DNA from: Reyranellaceae bacterium
GTDB lineage: Bacteria; Pseudomonadota; Alphaproteobacteria; Reyranellales; JAQSWP01
Length of the DNA stretch: 48,455 nucleotides
Direction: 5' to 3'
Assembly (NCBI GenBank): GCA_050185515.1
Contig: JBFWZG010000004.1
Span: forward strand, 1 to 48,455
Shown: positions 9,615-18,395 of the stretch, piece after piece
How the letters are laid out: each line of letters begins with the position of its first letter
How positions within the stretch are numbered: position 1 is the first letter of the stretch
Made by a program: the position numbers and the translations under genes
Notes under the pieces: model-generated
The model's input: only the letters and a program-made list of their open reading frames with translations
Told to the model about the DNA's origin: nothing
The model's database searches: none

Positions 9615-11258
9615 ATGATGCCCAGCGGCAACAGCTATGAAGAGGTCTACCGCAAGTTTCGCTGGGAGATCCCCGAGCGCTACAACATCGCCGAACAGGT
9701 CTGCGACCGTCACGATCCCGGCCGCCTCGCCCTGATCTTCGACGATGACCGCGGCAACATCGCCCGCTACACCTTCGGCGACATCAGGCGCGCCAGTTCG
9801 AAGCTCGCCAACGTGCTCAAGGCCCATGGCGTGCGCCAGGGCGACCGCATCGGCGTGCTCATGGCGCAAAGCCCCGAAGTGGCGATCTCGCACGTCGCCG
9901 CCTACCGCATGGGTGCGGTCGGCGTGCCGCTCTTCGCCCTGTTCGGCGCCGACGCCATCGAATTCCGCATGAGCAACGCCGGCGCCAGGGCGTTGATTCT
10001 CGACGCCGTGCATCTGCCCAAGGTCGAGGCGGTGCGCGACAAACTGCCGGAGTTGACCACCATCATCGTCGTCGGCGCCGGCAAGCACGGCGGCTGGTTC
10101 AAGGACTACGCCACGCTGATGGCCGAGGCGTCGGACCACAGCCCGATCGTCGACACCGCCGCCGAGGACCCCGCCTTTCTGATCTACACTTCCGGCACCA
10201 CCGGCCAGCCCAAGGGCGCCCTGCACGTCCACCGGGCGCTGATCGGCCACATCCCGGCCGTGCAGCAATGGCTCGACGGCTATCCCAAGGGCGACGAGCT
10301 CTACTGGACGCCGGCGGACTGGGCGTGGATCGCCGGGCTTTACGACGTGCTGTTTCCCGCCTGGTATCTCGGCAAGCCGGTGCTGGCTCAGCGGGCGCCC
10401 AAGTTCGACGCCGAGAAAGCCTTCGACCTGATCAGCCGCCACAATGTCGGCGTCACCTTCATCCCGCCGACGGCGCTGAAGATGATGCGCCAGGTCAACA
10501 AGCCGCGCCAGCGCTGGAAATACGACGTGCGCGCCGTCGCCACCGGCGGCGAAAGCATGGGCAAGGAGCTGATGGCCTGGGGCCACGAAACTTTCGGCGT
10601 CACCTTGTCGGAGGGCTACGGCCAGACCGAATGCAATCTGATGACGACGAACAGTCCCAGCCTGTACCCTGCCCGCGCCGGCTCGGCCGGTCGGGCGAGC
10701 GTCGGCCGCACCGTCGCCATCGTCGACAACGACGGCAACGTCCTGCCACCCGGCGTCGAGGGCAACATCGCCGGCAAGCGCCCCGACCCGGTGATCATGA
10801 AGGAATACTGGCGCAATCCGGAGGCGACCAGGAAGAAGTTCGCCGGCGACTGGCTTCTGACCGGCGATGTCGGCTCGATGGATCCCGATGGCTACGTCTG
10901 GTTCAAGAGCCGCGACGACGACGTCATCACCTCAGGCGGCTATCGCATCGGACCGGGCGAGATCGAGGAGAGCCTGATCAAGCACCCGGCGGTGGCGCTG
11001 GCGGCGGCGGTCGGCATTCCCGATCCGGTGCGCACCGAAATCGTCAAGGCCTTCATTCAGCTGAAGCCGGACGTGCGTCCCGACGAGGCGCTGAAGAAGG
11101 ACATTCAGGAATTCATCAAGAAGCAGCTCGCCGCGCACGAGTACCCGCGCGAGGTCGAGTTCGTCACCGAGTTCCCGCTGACCACGACCGGCAAGATCAT
11201 GCGCCGCGAGCTCAAGCGCATGGACATCGAGAAGCGCGAACGGCAGAAGGCCGGATGA
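9615..11258 (+). CDS. Acyl-CoA synthetase (AMP-forming, acetate/medium-chain CoA ligase family)
   Basis: IYTSGTTGQPKG, EGYGQTE, TGD, GYRIGPGEIE, PLTTTGKIMR; GGAGG at 9598-9602; start 9615 or 9618. Confidence 0.92.
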   Translation: MMPSGNSYEEVYRKFRWEIPERYNIAEQVCDRHDPGRLALIFDDDRGNIARYTFGDIRRASSKLANVLKAHGVRQGDRIGVLMAQSPEVAISHVAAYRMGAVGVPLFALFGADAIEFRMSNAGARALILDAVHLPKVEAVRDKLPELTTIIVVGAGKHGGWFKDYATLMAEASDHSPIVDTAAEDPAFLIYTSGTTGQPKGALHVHRALIGHIPAVQQWLDGYPKGDELYWTPADWAWIAGLYDVLFPAWYLGKPVLAQRAPKFDAEKAFDLISRHNVGVTFIPPTALKMMRQVNKPRQRWKYDVRAVATGGESMGKELMAWGHETFGVTLSEGYGQTECNLMTTNSPSLYPARAGSAGRASVGRTVAIVDNDGNVLPPGVEGNIAGKRPDPVIMKEYWRNPEATRKKFAGDWLLTGDVGSMDPDGYVWFKSRDDDVITSGGYRIGPGEIEESLIKHPAVALAAAVGIPDPVRTEIVKAFIQLKPDVRPDEALKKDIQEFIKKQLAAHEYPREVEFVTEFPLTTTGKIMRRELKRMDIEKRERQKAG

Positions 11259-11262
11259 CGAT

Positions 11263-12708
11263 CTAGCCTTCGCCGCGATAGATCGCGACGCTGACCAGCC
11301 ATTTCGGCACCCGCCGGCCGGTCAGGAACTGTTTCGTCGGCGCGTCCTCGTCGTCGCCGAACAGGATCTGCTCGGCAAGGCGATGCTCGCGGGCGATGCC
11401 GCTGGTCGCCGCCTCGAAACCCGGACGTTGCGTGAACGTGCCGTCGTCGATCACCACCACCACCGGAGCGCTGCGCCGGGCGCAGTTGTCGGGCAAGGAG
11501 GCGGCGATGACGCAGTATCCGAGTTCGCGCAGTTGCAGCGACAGCGACGGCTCGGAGGATACCACCAGGCTGTCGGCGACCGGCGCATGCTGGCGGATGG
11601 CGGCGAGGATCTCCTGGTCCGGAATGTAGAGATTGCGCTTGAACGGTCGGTCGTTGCCGGTCAGCAGCCATAGCGCCGTCGCGCTGACGATCAGTCCGAA
11701 TACGGTGGTGGCAACGGCATGTCCGCGCCGCCACGGCAGGCAGGACCCGCCGAGCACCACCAGCGCCAGCAGGAACGGCACGGCGAACAGCAGGGAGCGC
11801 GGCTTGGCGAAACCCGCGAGCGCCAAGGCGGCGCACAGAAAGGCGATGAGCAACGAAACGCTCAACAGGTCGCCGGTCGACGGGCGGCGGAAACCCAGCA
11901 GCGCGCCGAACGCCGCCAGCAGGCAGAAAAGGAAAAATGGCAGGGCAATGAGGCTTTGGGTCAGCCCGAGCCCGTAGCCACCGATCACCCCGATCGCCAT
12001 CGTGCCGACCGATTGCAGAAGATTGGAGTCGAACTGTCCGGGCAGGTTCAGGGCCGACAGGCCGAAAGACAGCAGCGCCGGCGCGGACAGCACTCCCATG
12101 GCGAGCAGGAACGGAATGTCCCAGGCGGCGTCGAACTTGCGGGCGCCGAGATAGCGCCAGCCCAGATAGGCCATGGCCGGAATGCCGGCGAGATAGCTGA
12201 TATTGGCGGCCACGCCGAAGGCGATGGCGGCCGCCATGGTCGGCCGGCCGCGATCGAGGGCGCTGACGATGGCCACCGCCACCGGCAGGACGAGCAGCGG
12301 ATACCAGCGCAATACCGCCCCCATGCCATAGAGCAGCGGAGCGCCGAGGAACAGCGCCAGCGCCAGCACACGGGAGGCAGTGGCATCGTCGGGCAGACGT
12401 CGCCAGACCAGGTCGAGCACCAGGGCGAATCCCGCTGCGGCCATCGCCAGCGACAGGCCGCGCTGCAGCCATAGCGGCAGGCCGAGATCGGCCAGGGCGC
12501 GAAACCAGAGAAACGACAGCGGCGGGTGGACGTCCTGTCCGCCGATATGGAACCGCAGCAGGTCGACGTAGCCCCAGCCGTCGATCGCCGCCAGGGTCAG
12601 CGCCTCGTCGTCGAACACGCGCTGCTCGAACCGGCCGCAGGCGTAGGCGATGGCCAGCGCGACCGCGACGAAGCCCAGCAGGCCGATTGCGCCCAGCCCC
12701 TTGTGCAC
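11263..12708 (-). CDS. Polytopic membrane protein, probable GT-C fold glycosyltransferase (PMT/ArnT-like)
   Basis: Start re-called at GTG 12708; first loop FDDE..DVHPPL, RWYPLL, about 10 hydrophobic segments and a soluble C-terminal domain. Confidence 0.6.
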   Translation of the reverse strand: MHKGLGAIGLLGFVAVALAIAYACGRFEQRVFDDEALTLAAIDGWGYVDLLRFHIGGQDVHPPLSFLWFRALADLGLPLWLQRGLSLAMAAAGFALVLDLVWRRLPDDATASRVLALALFLGAPLLYGMGAVLRWYPLLVLPVAVAIVSALDRGRPTMAAAIAFGVAANISYLAGIPAMAYLGWRYLGARKFDAAWDIPFLLAMGVLSAPALLSFGLSALNLPGQFDSNLLQSVGTMAIGVIGGYGLGLTQSLIALPFFLFCLLAAFGALLGFRRPSTGDLLSVSLLIAFLCAALALAGFAKPRSLLFAVPFLLALVVLGGSCLPWRRGHAVATTVFGLIVSATALWLLTGNDRPFKRNLYIPDQEILAAIRQHAPVADSLVVSSEPSLSLQLRELGYCVIAASLPDNCARRSAPVVVVIDDGTFTQRPGFEAATSGIAREHRLAEQILFGDDEDAPTKQFLTGRRVPKWLVSVAIYRGEG

Positions 12709-12776
12709 CCCTGCCCCCGGTGTTTCCCCGGCACAGGATAGGCGGCAGGACGGCGGGACGTAACCCCGCAGATCGA

Positions 12777-13205
12777 TCAGATCAGGCCCAGCCGGCGCAG
12801 TTCGGCGGCCATCTCCGGTGGCGCATCGGCGGAATCGCCGGGGCGGGCATCGGCTGGCGCCCGCGCCGGCTCCAGGTAGCGCCAGCCCTGAAAGGGCTGC
12901 ATGGCGCGCATCGCCGTCGGAACGAGTTCGCGTTCGACGAGGAACACGCAGTATTTGCGGCCCTGTTCGTCGCTCGCCTCGTCGAAACCCACCAGTCTCT
13001 GCCGCGCCCGGATATAGCCCTTGATTACCCAGTAGAGCGATCCGCCCTCCAGCAGCTCCGCCTGGCGCTTGGGCGTCGAACGGGTGAACACGCGATGCGG
13101 CGAGCCGGGCTTCTGCCGCCGCTCCTTGCGGCGCTTCTCCTGAAACCTGGCGATCTCCTCCAGCGAGGAGGCGCCGACGGCAAGCTTGATGAGGTTCAGG
13201 GTCAT
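12777..13205 (-). CDS. DUF1489 family protein
   Basis: MTLNLIKLAVG, TPKRQAELLEGGSLYWVIKG, PFQGWRYL, ELRRLGLI; start at ATG 13205. Confidence 0.85.
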   Translation of the reverse strand: MTLNLIKLAVGASSLEEIARFQEKRRKERRQKPGSPHRVFTRSTPKRQAELLEGGSLYWVIKGYIRARQRLVGFDEASDEQGRKYCVFLVERELVPTAMRAMQPFQGWRYLEPARAPADARPGDSADAPPEMAAELRRLGLI

Positions 13206-13413
13206 GCTTTTGTTTACGACTGCCTGACGCCATTCCGCAACAGGACTGTGGCGGGTTTCCCACAGCAGCCGGCAATTGCAGACCCGACGCATTCCGCACG
13301 TCGGGCCGCCACATATTTTCCGCAAAACGGGGCGCTGAATTGCAGTCACGAAGCAGTGTCCGGCGCGCTAAGATGCGCCCGGCCAACAAGACTGCCGCTC
13401 GGTGGAGACTTCA

Positions 13414-16400
13414 ATGAAGCGCACGACCGTCGTCACCCTGCTGATCGCCGCCGTCATGGCGATCGCAGCCATAGGCTACTTTACTCTGCTGGGGCCGAAT
13501 TCGCCGTTCGACCGCACCGAGCAAAGCGCGTCCGCGCCCCAGACCCCAGGCCCCGCGCCCACAGCGCCGGCCGGCGGCAGCAGCCAGCCCGCCACCGGCG
13601 CGAGCACTGCCGCGACTCCGCCGGCGCCTTCCGCGACGTCCGTCGCGCCGCAAGCGCCGGAATTCGCCTATCGCCGCCTCACCATCGATGGTTCGAAAGA
13701 CCTGATCGAAGCCTGCTTCAGCTTCACCCACGCTCTGAACGACAGCGGCAGCGTGCGCTACGACGACTACGTGAAGATCACGCCGGCGGCCAAGGTCGCC
13801 ATTCGGGTCGCCGGCGACCGTCTCTGCCTCGGCGGTCTGGCTTTCGGTCGGGACTATGACGTCGAGCTTCTCGCCGGACTGCCGGCGGCGGCCGGCGGCA
13901 AGGCTCTGGAACGCGCCGAAAGCGTCAAGGTCGCGATGGGCGAACGGCCCGCCATGGTCGCCTTCAGCGGCTCCGGCCTTATCCTGCCGCGCGAGACCAG
14001 CGTCGGCGTGCCTATCACCACCGTCAATGTCGACACCGTGCGCATCAAGGTGCTGCGCGTTTCCGACCGCATCATGGCGCGTCTGTCCCCGGACGAGTTC
14101 GAGCAGAAGCGCATGCGCCCCTGGCGCGTCCAGGACGTGCTGCAGGATACCGGTTCGCAGGTCTGGGAAGGCACCATGGCAGTCAAGGGCGGCCCCAACG
14201 AGACCGTTGTGACGGCGTTTCCGATCCGCGAGGCGGTCAAGGAATGGAAGCCCGGCGCCTATCTCGTCGTCGCCTGGAACGCCGCCGACGGCAAGATCGA
14301 GGCCACAAACGACTACAGCTCTTTCAACTACAACTACGAGACCGCCTCGCAGTGGGTGATCGATTCCGACATCGGGCTCACTGTCCTGACCGGCACGGAC
14401 GGGCTGCATGTCCTGTCCCGCTCGCTGGCCAGCGCCAAGCCGATGCCCGGCATCACCCTGGCGCTGATCGCCAACAACAACGATGAGCTTGGCAAGGCGA
14501 CCACCGATGCCCAGGGCTATGCCGCCTTTCCGCCCGGCCTGCTGCGCGGCAGCGGCGGCAACGCGCCGGTTGCCGTCATGGCTTACGGCCCGAACGGCAG
14601 CGACTTCAACTATCTCAGCCTCAGCCGCGCCGGTTTCGATCTGTCTGACCGTGGCGTCGAAGGCCGCGCCGCCCCCGGCGCGACCGATGCCTTCGTCTAT
14701 CTCGACCGCGGCATCTATCGCCCGGGCGAGACGGTTCACGTCACGGCGATGCTCCGCGATCGCACCGCCGTTTCCCTTGACGCGCCGCTGACGCTCATCG
14801 TGCGCCGCTCCGATGGCGTCGAGTACCGTCGCACGACGCTCGCCGGCACCGCCGCCGGCACGGTCAGCTTCGGCGTTGACCTCAGCCCCTCGGCGCGCCG
14901 CGGACGGTGGAGCGTCAGCGCCTATGTCGATCCCAAGGCGCAGCCTGTCGGCACCGCCGAATTCAGCGTCGAGGATTTCGTACCGCAGCGGCTCAAGCTC
15001 ACTCTGGCTGCAGATAAGGAAAAGCCGCTGAAGATCGGCGACGAAGTGTCGATCACGGTGGACAGCCGCTTCCTCTACGGCGCGCCGGCCGCCGAACTCG
15101 AAGGCGAAGCGGAGATGCGCATCGTGGCCGATCCGCTGGCCTTTCCGAAGCTGCCGGGATTCCGCTTCGGCCTGACCGGAGAGAAGGTCAAGGAAACCAT
15201 CGTGCCGCTGGCCATCGTCAAGACGGACGCCCAGGGCAAGACTACGGCTACCGGCAGGATCGAGAAGATCGAGCCTCTGACCACGCCTTTGAAGGCAAAT
15301 ATCTCGGTCTCGATCTTCGAGCCGGGCGGCCGCGCCACCCGCGACGAGATCTCGCTGCCGGTGCGGCCGCGCGACAGCTACGTCGGCCTGCGGCCGCGCT
15401 TCGAGGGCTATGTGCAGGAAGGCACGCCGGCCGAGGTCGAAATCGCGCTGGTCGACGCCAGCGGCGGACGGCTGGCGCGGCCCGGCATGAAATGGGAGCT
15501 GGTGCGCGAGCATCGGAACTACCAGTGGTATCGCACTGGCAATGCCTGGCGCTGGGAAGTCTACAGCCGCGACATTCCCGTAACCAGCGGCACGGTCGAC
15601 GTCGAGGCCGACAAACTCGCCGTCGTCAGCCAGACCCAGTCCTGGGGCCGCTACCGGCTGACGGTGACCGATCCGACGACGGGTGCCGCTTCCAGCATCA
15701 CCTACTATTCCGGCTGGGCCTCCTCGCAGGTCGCCGAAACCCCGGACTTCGTCAAGGTCACGTCCGACAAGCAGACCTACGCCAAGGGCGAGACCGCGCG
15801 CGTGCGCATCGAGGCGCCTTTCGCGGGTGAAGCGACGATCGTGATCGCCGGCGATCGCGTTTTCGAGCGCAAGCTCGTTGCCGTCGCCGCCGAGGGCACG
15901 ACGGTGGAAATCCCCGTCTCCGCCGATTGGGGCAGCGGCGCCTACGCTCTGGTCAGCGCCTTCCGGCCGCTGGCGCAGAAGAACGATCGTGCCCCGGTGC
16001 GCGCCATGGGTCTCGTCTGGCTGGGCATCGACGTCAGCGATCGCAAGCTGTCAGTCGACATCGGCACGCCCGAAAAGATCCTGCCGCGGCAGAAGATCGA
16101 GGTGCCGATCAAGGTCGCACAGGCCGGGCCCGAGGCCTTCGTCACTCTGGCTGCGGTCGACGAAGGCATTTTGCAGCTCACCAAGTTCCAGTCGCCCGAT
16201 CCATCGCAGCACTATTTCGGCAAGCGTCGCCTGACGCTTGGCATCCGCGACGACTACGGCCGCCTGCTCGACGGCTCGGCCGACGTCGTCGGCCAGATCC
16301 GCACCGGCGGCGACAGTGCGGCGGGCCGCGGCCTGGAGGTCGTGCCGACGCGGACCGTGGCGCTATACTCGGGCATCGTCAAACTCGACGCCGAGGGCAA

Positions 16401-18378
16401 GGCCAGCATTCCACTCGACATTCCCGACTTCACCGGCGAATTGCGGCTGATGGCGGTCGCGTTCGACCGGGCGCGGGTCGGTCAGGCCAACAAGCCGCTG
16501 ACCGTGCGCGACGCGCTGGTGAGCGACGTCACCCTGCCCCGCTTCCTGGCTCCCGGCGACGAAAGCCGGATCAGCCTGCTGCTGCACAATGTCGAGGCCT
16601 CACCTGGTGCCTACCAGGTATCGCTGACGGCGAGCGGCGCGGTAAGCCTCCCCGCCGTCAACCAGTCGATCGACATGCCAGCGGGCAAGCGCCAGATTCT
16701 CGGCTGGCCTGTGAAGGCAGAGCAGGTCGGGATCGGCAAGTTCGATCTGAAGGTCACCGGGCCCAACGGATTCGAGGTGGCGCGCGACTGGCAGATCCAG
16801 GTCCGCCCGGCGCAGGCGCCCCAGACGGTGGAGCTGGTCTCGGCGGTCAAGCCCGGCGAGAGCTTCACCGTCGACGCCGCCTCGCTCGAGACATTCGTTC
16901 CCGGCAGCGCCACCGTCTCGGTCAGCATGGCCAGCGTGCGCGGCTTCGACGTCGCCGGCCTGCTGACCGCGCTGGACAAGTATCCGTTCGGCTGCCTCGA
17001 GCAGACCACCAGCCGGGCCCTGCCGCTACTTTACTTCGGGGAACTGGCAGCGGTCAGCGGCATCCAGACCGACAAGTCTCTGCCGGCGCGCATCCAGGAG
17101 GCCGCGTCGCGCATTCTCGACATGCAGCGCCCCGATGGCGGTTTCGGCATGTGGGGGCCCGGTCCCTACGCCGCCGATCCCTGGCTGCAGATCTTCGCGC
17201 TGGATTTCCTCATCCAGGCCAAGGCCAAGGACTTCGCCGTGCCGGACGCCGCGATCATGCGCGGTCTGAACTGGGTGCGCAGCACCCTGTCGGAACTGGC
17301 GCCCGAGGCGCGCGCCTACGGCTTCTACGTGCTGGCGCGCGCGGGCCAGGCCGATGTCGGACAGTTGCGCTATTTCCAGGACACGGATCTGCGCAACATC
17401 CGCACCGGGCTGGGTCGCGGCCATCTGGCGGCGGCGCTGGCGCTGACCGGCGAAAAGGCGCGCGCGCTCTCCGCCTTCCAGCAATCGCGCCAGGCGGTCG
17501 GCTCGGTCATTCGCGGCGACTACTACGGCACGGCCCTGCGCGACGCGGCGGGGCTTACGGCCGTGGCAGCCTTGGCCGGCCAGACAGACATGCTGCCGGC
17601 GCTGACCGACAGGCTGCGCCGCTTCGACAAGGCGAGCATCGAGAACACCACGACCCAGGAGAAGGCTTGGATGCTGCTGGCGGCCCACGCCATGACCCAG
17701 AGCACGACGCCGCTGACCCTTGAAGTCAACGGCGATGCCGTGAAGCCCAAGCGCGAGCCGGCCATGTTCTATCCCGACGCCGTCAAGGTCGCCGCCAACC
17801 CGATGGCGATCCGCAACACCACCGACCGCGAGATCTGGGGCACGCTCTCGGTGCGCGGCGTTCCCAAGGCGATGCAGCCGGCCGTCTCGCGCGGCCTGCG
17901 GGTCGACCGGGTGTTCCGCAAGCTTGACGGCTCGGCGGCCGACCTTGCGAAGGTGGTGCAGAACGACCGGCTGATGGTCGTGCTGACCGGCCGCGCGCTC
18001 GACAAGAGCTACCACGAGGTTGCCCTTCTCGACCTGCTGCCGGCCGGCTGGGAGATCGAAGCGGTCATTCCCTACGTGCAGGACGGCGAGCAGGCCTATT
18101 CCTGGCTGCCGAAGATCAGTTTCACCCGCACCCGCGAGGCGCGCGACGATCGCTTCTTCGCCAGCTTCACCTTCGGCAAGCCGACCTATTTCGGCTCCTA
18201 TCGCGGCAACTACTATTACGAGGAAGAGGAAACCGCCGAGTTCGCGCTCGCCTATGTGGTGCGCGCGGTGACGCCCGGTACCTACGTTCTGCCCCCGGCG
18301 CAGATCGAGGACATGTACCGGCCGGGCGTGATCGGCCGCACCAATGGCGGCACGGTCACCGTGCTGCCGCGGCCCTAG
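13414..18378 (+). CDS. yfhM: Bacterial alpha-2-macroglobulin (YfhM-like)
   Basis: About 1654 aa; DRGIYRPGETV, AAVDEGILQLT, thioester motif YPFGCLEQ, EDMYRP; directly upstream of pbpC; GGAGA RBS. Confidence 0.95.
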   Translation: MKRTTVVTLLIAAVMAIAAIGYFTLLGPNSPFDRTEQSASAPQTPGPAPTAPAGGSSQPATGASTAATPPAPSATSVAPQAPEFAYRRLTIDGSKDLIEACFSFTHALNDSGSVRYDDYVKITPAAKVAIRVAGDRLCLGGLAFGRDYDVELLAGLPAAAGGKALERAESVKVAMGERPAMVAFSGSGLILPRETSVGVPITTVNVDTVRIKVLRVSDRIMARLSPDEFEQKRMRPWRVQDVLQDTGSQVWEGTMAVKGGPNETVVTAFPIREAVKEWKPGAYLVVAWNAADGKIEATNDYSSFNYNYETASQWVIDSDIGLTVLTGTDGLHVLSRSLASAKPMPGITLALIANNNDELGKATTDAQGYAAFPPGLLRGSGGNAPVAVMAYGPNGSDFNYLSLSRAGFDLSDRGVEGRAAPGATDAFVYLDRGIYRPGETVHVTAMLRDRTAVSLDAPLTLIVRRSDGVEYRRTTLAGTAAGTVSFGVDLSPSARRGRWSVSAYVDPKAQPVGTAEFSVEDFVPQRLKLTLAADKEKPLKIGDEVSITVDSRFLYGAPAAELEGEAEMRIVADPLAFPKLPGFRFGLTGEKVKETIVPLAIVKTDAQGKTTATGRIEKIEPLTTPLKANISVSIFEPGGRATRDEISLPVRPRDSYVGLRPRFEGYVQEGTPAEVEIALVDASGGRLARPGMKWELVREHRNYQWYRTGNAWRWEVYSRDIPVTSGTVDVEADKLAVVSQTQSWGRYRLTVTDPTTGAASSITYYSGWASSQVAETPDFVKVTSDKQTYAKGETARVRIEAPFAGEATIVIAGDRVFERKLVAVAAEGTTVEIPVSADWGSGAYALVSAFRPLAQKNDRAPVRAMGLVWLGIDVSDRKLSVDIGTPEKILPRQKIEVPIKVAQAGPEAFVTLAAVDEGILQLTKFQSPDPSQHYFGKRRLTLGIRDDYGRLLDGSADVVGQIRTGGDSAAGRGLEVVPTRTVALYSGIVKLDAEGKASIPLDIPDFTGELRLMAVAFDRARVGQANKPLTVRDALVSDVTLPRFLAPGDESRISLLLHNVEASPGAYQVSLTASGAVSLPAVNQSIDMPAGKRQILGWPVKAEQVGIGKFDLKVTGPNGFEVARDWQIQVRPAQAPQTVELVSAVKPGESFTVDAASLETFVPGSATVSVSMASVRGFDVAGLLTALDKYPFGCLEQTTSRALPLLYFGELAAVSGIQTDKSLPARIQEAASRILDMQRPDGGFGMWGPGPYAADPWLQIFALDFLIQAKAKDFAVPDAAIMRGLNWVRSTLSELAPEARAYGFYVLARAGQADVGQLRYFQDTDLRNIRTGLGRGHLAAALALTGEKARALSAFQQSRQAVGSVIRGDYYGTALRDAAGLTAVAALAGQTDMLPALTDRLRRFDKASIENTTTQEKAWMLLAAHAMTQSTTPLTLEVNGDAVKPKREPAMFYPDAVKVAANPMAIRNTTDREIWGTLSVRGVPKAMQPAVSRGLRVDRVFRKLDGSAADLAKVVQNDRLMVVLTGRALDKSYHEVALLDLLPAGWEIEAVIPYVQDGEQAYSWLPKISFTRTREARDDRFFASFTFGKPTYFGSYRGNYYYEEEETAEFALAYVVRAVTPGTYVLPPAQIEDMYRPGVIGRTNGGTVTVLPRP

Positions 18379-18395
18379 GAGAGAGCAAGACCTCG

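Noticed and set aside
13247-13266. Inverted repeat ctgtgg-N8-ccacag between DUF1489 and A2M as a third CRP-like site
   Set aside because: Wrong spacing and half-site sequence; a 6-bp arm is easily chance.
12709-13389. N-terminal extension making the membrane-protein ORF 708 aa
   Set aside because: It overlaps the DUF1489 gene in another frame; the hydrophobic protein plausibly starts at GTG 12708.
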